A stretch of DNA of 64,000 nucleotides from Thermoplasmata archaeon. GTDB taxonomy: Archaea > Thermoplasmatota > E2 > DHVEG-1. Made by a program: the position numbers and the translations under genes. The stretch is from NCBI GenBank assembly GCA_020054495.1, contig JAHWGK010000006.1, positions 4,829 through 68,828 on the forward strand, given 5' to 3'. Under the pieces are notes generated by a model. The model searched no databases. It was not told where the DNA came from and was given only the letters and a program-made list of their open reading frames with translations. Shown here one piece after another: positions 58,442 through 64,000 of this stretch. Numbering within the stretch: position 1 is the first letter of the stretch; every line of letters begins with the position of its first letter.

Positions 58442-59706
58442 TATTTCATCACCTCTCTTGGGTCAATAATCTTACCATATATCGCTGAAGCCGCAACAGT
58501 TGCAGGGCTTGCTAGATAAATTTCTGCGTCTTTGCAACCCATACGGCCTTTGAAATTACGATTAGCAGTAGAAAGACATCGTTCACCAGGTGCAAGTATC
58601 CCCTGATGAGCACCAAGACATGGGCCACATCCAGGAGGAAGTAATACTCCTCCAGATTTAATAAGAGTTTCAATGATACCTGCTTTTAATGCCTTCTCCA
58701 AAATATCTTTAGATGCAGGTAAAATTAATAATCTAACATTTGAATTCACCTGTTTTCCTTTTAAAATATCCGCAACAACCTTTAAATCAGAAAGTCTTCC
58801 ATTAGTACATGTACCAATCAAGCATTGTTGAATTTCTAAACCTGATATTTCTGCAACCGGCTTAACATTATCAACAGTATGGGGACATGCAATCATTGGA
58901 ACAATTTCAGATAAATCGTATTCTAATTCCTGCAAGTAGGAAGCATCTCTATCAGGGAAAATGGGATTATACGAAGAGCTAGATACTCCAATTGAATCAA
59001 GAAAAATTTCTGTAACAGCATCTACAAAAAATACCGAGTTTTTCGCCCCCATCTCAATGCCCATATTAGCAATTGTAAATCTATCAGCAATAGAGAATTG
59101 ATCAATATCACCATGGTACTCAACTGAACAATAGTTAGCACCAGAAGCAGAAATATCACCAACAATATGTAGAACTACATCTTTTGCATACACACCAAAT
59201 TTTAGTATTCCATTTAGCATTATTTTTATACTATCTGGGACCTTTAGCCACGTCTCACCTGTAAGCATAAGCGATGCTGCCTCAGTTCTATCAATACCAG
59301 ATGAAAAAGCGCCAACTGCACCATACGAACAAGTGTGAGAATCACTACCTAAAAGCAATTTTCCTGGAAGGCCAAGACCTTTTTCTATAACAACTTGATG
59401 GCATACTCCAATACCTACATCAAAAAAATTTTCAATATTGTGAGTTTTGACAAATTCTCTAATAACTTTATGATTCGTCGATGTCTTTTCAGATGCAGCG
59501 GGAATAACATGGTCAAGAACTATTATTGGAAGTGACTTAGAAAATACACCATATTTTTTTAACTCAGGCTCAATCTTTTTTATAATAGCTGCTGTATTAT
59601 CATGAGTCAAAAGATGATCAGGATGAACGGTTACTATCTGGCCTGGAACTACATTTTTCTCCCCCGCATAATTTGATAATAGTTTTTCTACGAATGTCAT
59701 ACTCAT
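58441..59706 (-). CDS. Homoaconitase/3-isopropylmalate dehydratase large subunit
   Basis: HDNT, LDH, GVCHQ, DSHTC, GTCTNGR, CGPCLG and NRNFKGRMG motifs; GGAGG before ATG at 59706. Confidence 0.93.
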   Translation of the reverse strand: MSMTFVEKLLSNYAGEKNVVPGQIVTVHPDHLLTHDNTAAIIKKIEPELKKYGVFSKSLPIIVLDHVIPAASEKTSTNHKVIREFVKTHNIENFFDVGIGVCHQVVIEKGLGLPGKLLLGSDSHTCSYGAVGAFSSGIDRTEAASLMLTGETWLKVPDSIKIMLNGILKFGVYAKDVVLHIVGDISASGANYCSVEYHGDIDQFSIADRFTIANMGIEMGAKNSVFFVDAVTEIFLDSIGVSSSSYNPIFPDRDASYLQELEYDLSEIVPMIACPHTVDNVKPVAEISGLEIQQCLIGTCTNGRLSDLKVVADILKGKQVNSNVRLLILPASKDILEKALKAGIIETLIKSGGVLLPPGCGPCLGAHQGILAPGERCLSTANRNFKGRMGCKDAEIYLASPATVAASAIYGKIIDPREVMK

Positions 59707-59891
59707 ATATGTTGGCCTCCACAATTTATAACAAATAAACGATTCATTACGGAATTCTAAAGTAGGAATCAATTAATCCTCTTTAAATTTATTTAGAAAA
59801 AATATTGACACTCTTACAATCTGACAGATTTATAAGAAAACTATAAGTTATAGTATATAGATATTGTTATTAAGAGGGTGAAGCTGGAGAG

Positions 59892-60818
59892 ATGAAACAC
59901 AGGAAGTTTATCAAAGAAAATTCCGCAGTCGCAGGAGTTATTGAAGCAATCTTACTCATTGCTCTTGTTGCAATAATCCTCTCTATGATACAATTAACTT
60001 ATGTACCTATAATGATGGAACAAAAAGAAGCTGACCACATGGATGAGGTATCAAATCAATTTTCGCAATTAAAATCTGTAATAGAAATTCAATCAATGAT
60101 GGGTGCTATGGGGACAGGTGAACCCATTACATATACTCCTATGTCATCTCCAATAACTCTAGGTAGTAAAGAACTTCCATATTTTGTATCAGCAAGATCA
60201 TCAGGTCAAATAGATTTAATTGGTCAAGATGATGCTGGGGATCACAAGATAAATATTCAACCTGCGCCAGCTGATTTCCCATCTGGAATACCTTTAACTT
60301 CGATTAAATATAGAGCAACTAACTTTTATTTCCCTAAATCTTCAGCAGAACCCTGGCAAGAATATATTCTTGAAGGTGGAGGTATAATTCTTAAACAATC
60401 AGATGGAGAGGTAATGCGGGTTTATCAAGGTATTGCTGTTGAAAATAATAGCGACCTGGGCAATATCAAAATAAAATATTACATTCCTTTATTTACGGGT
60501 GTTCCCGGGAAAAAATTGTATGCTGATTATAAAGATTGTTATGTTCATACAAACTACACTAATCATTATACACATTCAGGGCCTACCGCCTTTATTCATA
60601 TTTATACAGAATATCCAGATGCTTGGTATCAATCACTTATTAAAGATGATACAGGGTTACTATGGGAATGCTACGATAATGGATATATAAATGTTAATTT
60701 AGATGACACTGTAACTCCAAATAAGGTGGAAATAACACCCGGTAGTTTAACAATTACTTTAGAACTTACGATAGTAGAAATTGGGGTTCAAGTTGGTCCA
60801 GGTTATGTGATACCTTAA
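59892..60818 (+). CDS. Archaeal type IV pilin-like protein (class III signal peptide)
   Basis: Basic leader, ENSA/VAGVIEAILLIALV hydrophobic stretch, YVP...E..EA.HM..V, Y..EGG.I...Q.DG. Confidence 0.75.
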   Translation: MKHRKFIKENSAVAGVIEAILLIALVAIILSMIQLTYVPIMMEQKEADHMDEVSNQFSQLKSVIEIQSMMGAMGTGEPITYTPMSSPITLGSKELPYFVSARSSGQIDLIGQDDAGDHKINIQPAPADFPSGIPLTSIKYRATNFYFPKSSAEPWQEYILEGGGIILKQSDGEVMRVYQGIAVENNSDLGNIKIKYYIPLFTGVPGKKLYADYKDCYVHTNYTNHYTHSGPTAFIHIYTEYPDAWYQSLIKDDTGLLWECYDNGYINVNLDDTVTPNKVEITPGSLTITLELTIVEIGVQVGPGYVIP

Positions 60819-60953
60819 AAATAGTTTAAAAACAAATATTTTAGTAGAAAACATAAGAAAGTTTTTTTATTAACTAGGAGATATAGCTCATAAGATGATA
60901 GAGGATAGTATAACAAAGTTAAGTTTTGATGTAAAAGGCCTCTATTAAAATTA

Positions 60954-61769
60954 ATGTCTCATATAATGACAATACAAGAGAGCGATTTAGCAATGGATGA
61001 AGTCGAAGATAATAGCAAAGATAAGAAAGAAAATGTACTAAAAACAGAAGTTAGTGGATTTGATGAGTTATTTACAGATGGGGGCATTCCAAAGGGCAGC
61101 TCTGTTTTAGTAGCTGGGGGACCAGGAACAGGTAAAAGCATACTTTGTAGACATATATGTTATAATCTTGTTTCAATAGGAAAAAAGTGTATGTATGTCA
61201 GCTTTGAGGAAAGCAAAGAACGTATTGTAAGAAGTATGGAAGATTTTGGGTGGGATGTAACAAAATTTATTGAGAATGGGGATTTTATAATACAGAAAAT
61301 TAATCCGCTTGATATACTTAGAATGAAGTTTGGATCAATAGGAGGATCTGGGTCAGCTACCGAGTTATCTTACAAGATAAAGCCACTTGTTATACCTAAA
61401 AATTTTCATCCAGATATTATAGCTGTTGATTCTTTGACTGCAATTATTGCTGTTTCGGTTACAAAAGATAGAAACTACAGAGTTTATCTACAGCAATTGT
61501 TTAGCTTCTTTGAAGAGACCGGTTCTACTTCATTTTTAATTACTGAAACAGATCCAATTCCGACTAGATATAGTGAAACTGGAATTGAAGAATTTTTAGC
61601 AGATGGAATAATCGTCCTTTATAATATTCAAAAGAATGATGTTAGGCAGAACGCTATTGAAGTTTTAAAAATGAGATATGGAAAACATCAGAAGAAAATG
61701 GTTTTAATGACAATTACAGATAAAGGCATTATAGTTCATCCAGATGAATGTGTTGCAATTGAATCCTGA
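60954..61769 (+). CDS. Single-domain KaiC-like ATPase
   Basis: GFDEL..GGIP.G, GGPGTGKS, YVSFEE, VDSLT, EEFLADG and LKMR motifs. Confidence 0.9.
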   Translation: MSHIMTIQESDLAMDEVEDNSKDKKENVLKTEVSGFDELFTDGGIPKGSSVLVAGGPGTGKSILCRHICYNLVSIGKKCMYVSFEESKERIVRSMEDFGWDVTKFIENGDFIIQKINPLDILRMKFGSIGGSGSATELSYKIKPLVIPKNFHPDIIAVDSLTAIIAVSVTKDRNYRVYLQQLFSFFEETGSTSFLITETDPIPTRYSETGIEEFLADGIIVLYNIQKNDVRQNAIEVLKMRYGKHQKKMVLMTITDKGIIVHPDECVAIES

Positions 61770-61781
61770 TAGGAATTGATA

Positions 61782-62027
61782 TTATAAAAATTTGAAAGGT
61801 TCAGCGTGTTTATCAAGTCTTTTTGCTCCGTATTTTATAATAGTATTTTCTATTTGTTTAATCTGAAGTCTGTTTAATCCTGTCCTTTTTAATATCAGCT
61901 TATCGTTTTCATCATATATCTTTAATGTTCCATTGTCTATACTTGATATAGCTTTCATTATTCTGCCATTTTGCAACCAGACCCAGATATTTATGTTATT
62001 CTTAGTCATACGATCGCCTGATTTCAT
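61782..62027 (-). CDS. Small hypothetical protein between KaiC-like genes
   Basis: 81 aa ORF with protein-like composition; possible start at 62009. Confidence 0.65.
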   Translation of the reverse strand: MKSGDRMTKNNINIWVWLQNGRIMKAISSIDNGTLKIYDENDKLILKRTGLNRLQIKQIENTIIKYGAKRLDKHAEPFKFL

Positions 62028-62234
62028 TTATATCCAATAATAATTTTATTTTGCAAAGTATATAAACATTTCTATACAACTCTAGCCCACAATAAAATTG
62101 CGCAACCAAAACCTAACTTTTCTCAAAAATTAATAAATAAATTTTTTTGATGAAAGGATAAAATAATATACGAGCATTTGCATATCACATTAATGACTGG
62201 GATCACTAATATTAATGATTATAGAGAGGTAAAA

Positions 62235-62957
62235 ATGGACAGAGTGTCGACAGGAGTTGAAGGGCTTGACTCAACAATTGAAGGCGGTTTACCAAAAAAA
62301 TCGATTACCCTTATTTCAGGCCCTCCTGGTGGCGGTAAAAGTATTTTTTGTTTTCAGTTTATATATGACGGGGCAAAAAATGGTGAAAAATGTCTATTTC
62401 TATCTTTAGATAAAAAAGCAGAAGGGCTTCTCATCCAAGCAAAACATCTAGGATTTGATTTTCAACCAGCGATTGAACAAAATCTTGTTAAATTTCTCTA
62501 TTTGAACATCTCCAAAAAATTTGTTTATGAGACTATGACAAATGAAATCTTATCAGGCGATTATGATAGAATTGTATTAGATTCAATTACCCCACTTTCC
62601 GAAATGCCAATATTTATGAGAACTTCTATGGATAATAAAGTCGATACCAGTATGGTTGATTTTGAGGAATTCCCAGAAGATGTTTCTCTACCGACAAGAA
62701 GACTGCATCTACGTTATATATTAAGTGCATTAGAATCAACAAAATCAACTTCTATTGTTACATCGGAACTTCCAGTTGGCACATCTCTTCTTTCAAGAGA
62801 TGGTATTTCAGAATTTTTGGCAGATGGCGTTATAACCCTTTCTCTTGACCCCACAATGGATAGGCGAAAGCTTTCAGTTATGAAAATGAGAAACACAAAA
62901 CATACGCTTAAACCACATGATATTGTTATAGACTATGGTGGTATCAAAATCGTTTAA
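62235..62957 (+). CDS. Single-domain KaiC-like ATPase
   Basis: RVSTGVEGLD..IEGGLP, GPPGGGKS, VLDSIT, SEFLADG and MKMRNT.H motifs; GAGGT before ATG at 62235. Confidence 0.9.
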   Translation: MDRVSTGVEGLDSTIEGGLPKKSITLISGPPGGGKSIFCFQFIYDGAKNGEKCLFLSLDKKAEGLLIQAKHLGFDFQPAIEQNLVKFLYLNISKKFVYETMTNEILSGDYDRIVLDSITPLSEMPIFMRTSMDNKVDTSMVDFEEFPEDVSLPTRRLHLRYILSALESTKSTSIVTSELPVGTSLLSRDGISEFLADGVITLSLDPTMDRRKLSVMKMRNTKHTLKPHDIVIDYGGIKIV

Positions 62958-62968
62958 AAACTTCAAAT

Positions 62969-63439
62969 ATGTTTTTAGATTATAAGCCTCCTAAAGAACT
63001 TAGAGCACTATTTATTGTTCACTATGCGCCACTAATTTTAATTATATTAATAGGGCCATTGACAGCATTATTTGATGTCTGGAAACTACCTATAAATATG
63101 ATTTTTAGTATCATCCTAGGATCTGTTATTTTTCTACTTGGTGCTTTTGTATATTTTAAATGGGAATTATTCTGGTATAAAGCATATAAAGGCCAACTTG
63201 TAACTGGAGGGATTTTTCAACATATTAGACATCCACATTATACTTCGCTTCTTATCGTTGGATTTGGGCTTTCATTATTTTTTTGGTCGTTAGCAGCGTT
63301 ACTCATTGCAATTATTGCAATACCAATAATGATATGGAGTATATTTGATGAAGAAAAACTCCTGATAAAACAATATGGTAAAGAATACGTTGAATATATG
63401 AAAAAGGTACCTTGGCGAATAATTCCAAAGATTTTTTAA
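62969..63439 (+). CDS. Isoprenylcysteine carboxylmethyltransferase (ICMT/PEMT) family protein
   Basis: LVTGG.F..IRHPHY, EEK.L...YG.EY..Y...VP.R.IP motifs. Confidence 0.88.
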   Translation: MFLDYKPPKELRALFIVHYAPLILIILIGPLTALFDVWKLPINMIFSIILGSVIFLLGAFVYFKWELFWYKAYKGQLVTGGIFQHIRHPHYTSLLIVGFGLSLFFWSLAALLIAIIAIPIMIWSIFDEEKLLIKQYGKEYVEYMKKVPWRIIPKIF

Positions 63440-63568
63440 TTTCCAGTAAAGAGTGTTTCTATTAATATATTCTACAAAGAAAAAAATTTGATTGTTTCTT
63501 TTCTATAATTTAATTTTTTGAAAGAAGTTTAAAAAAAAAAGAAAAAAAGAGGGGTATGTTTGTTTTTT

Positions 63569-64000
63569 CTAGATGCTCAATAGTATATTTAGTATTTGAT
63601 CAAGTACTGGAAATCGTTCCATGAATGCCTCGAGAAGTGCAATGACTAAGTTGAATTGTTTGGCTTTTGGCATACTAATGTATAGTATTCCCCATGGACC
63701 TTCTGCATCATTCACATCTTTTGCCTTCACTTTTACTGTATAGACACCATTTGAAGACCAAGTATGACTTGCAGATGATCCCTCGCCTGAACTATATGGA
63801 CCATCCCAATCTTCAAATGTGTCATCTCCCCAGTCTACATAGTAGTATATATCGTCTCCATTAGGATCAGTTGCAGAAAATGTAATGGTATATTGTGTTC
63901 CTGGTTTTCCACTGGTTGGCCCGTCAACCTCTGGTGCATATGGTTGCTGGTTGTTTGATTCTTCTATCGTCGAGTCAACTGGAACTGGTGCAGACCATTC
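63569..64000 (-). CDS. 3' part of a secreted PKD-domain protein with amphipathic C-terminal tail (partial, not in ORF track)
   Basis: Open from the window edge: ...ATDPNGDDIYYYVDWGD...SHTWSSNGVYTVKVKAKD...SMPKAKQFNLVIALLEAFMERFPVLDQILNILLSI*. Confidence 0.88.
   Translation of the reverse strand, partial: EWSAPVPVDSTIEESNNQQPYAPEVDGPTSGKPGTQYTITFSATDPNGDDIYYYVDWGDDTFEDWDGPYSSGEGSSASHTWSSNGVYTVKVKAKDVNDAEGPWGILYISMPKAKQFNLVIALLEAFMERFPVLDQILNILLSI

Noticed and set aside
1426..62896. Many 60-160 aa ORF-track entries antisense to or nested in well-supported genes (e.g. 17447-17731, 33224-33697, 34861-35277)
   Set aside because: Shadow ORFs with no motifs or RBS, overlapping clearly conserved genes
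50932..62957. KaiC-like genes as a circadian clock
   Set aside because: Single-domain proteins, no kaiA or kaiB, canonical ST phosphosites not retained
62969..63439. ICMT-like gene as the enzyme processing the C-terminal tails
   Set aside because: Tails have no Cys/CaaX, and the gene is merely convergent with one tail-bearing gene
1..64000. tRNA, rRNA, inteins, selenoprotein signals
   Set aside because: No GC-rich cloverleaf or rRNA-like tract seen by eye; housekeeping proteins have normal lengths; small ncRNAs cannot be excluded without Infernal or tRNAscan

Overview
AT-rich archaeal chromosome segment. Gene content (Topo VI, split Kae1/Bud32, Rpo11, Csl4, uL16/L10e, ArcS, archaeal CCA enzyme, TBP) plus two gingipain-like C25 peptidases points to a sediment Thermoplasmatota lineage such as MBG-D/Thermoprofundales (inference). 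Most of the window is housekeeping, plus a tungsten aldehyde:ferredoxin oxidoreductase operon, a homoaconitase-like pair, three single-domain KaiC-like ATPases and several large secreted proteins. No tRNA, rRNA, CRISPR array, integrase or transposase was seen. Most notable: (1) a conserved C-terminal tail, P[RK]xK followed by an amphipathic Leu/Phe-rich helix, on three secreted proteins whose cargo domains resemble Bacteroidetes T9SS substrates, a candidate undescribed archaeal protein-sorting signal; (2) a second FPW-TM-acidic anchor cassette; (3) a ~4 kb island (22.6-26.4 kb) with RNase J and about nine microproteins (two RHH, C2H2 finger, wHTH, Cys-rich), five of them absent from the ORF track, around a bidirectional promoter; (4) a frameshifted lycopene-cyclase-domain gene behind a UbiA prenyltransferase. 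All family calls are by motif recognition; no searches were run.
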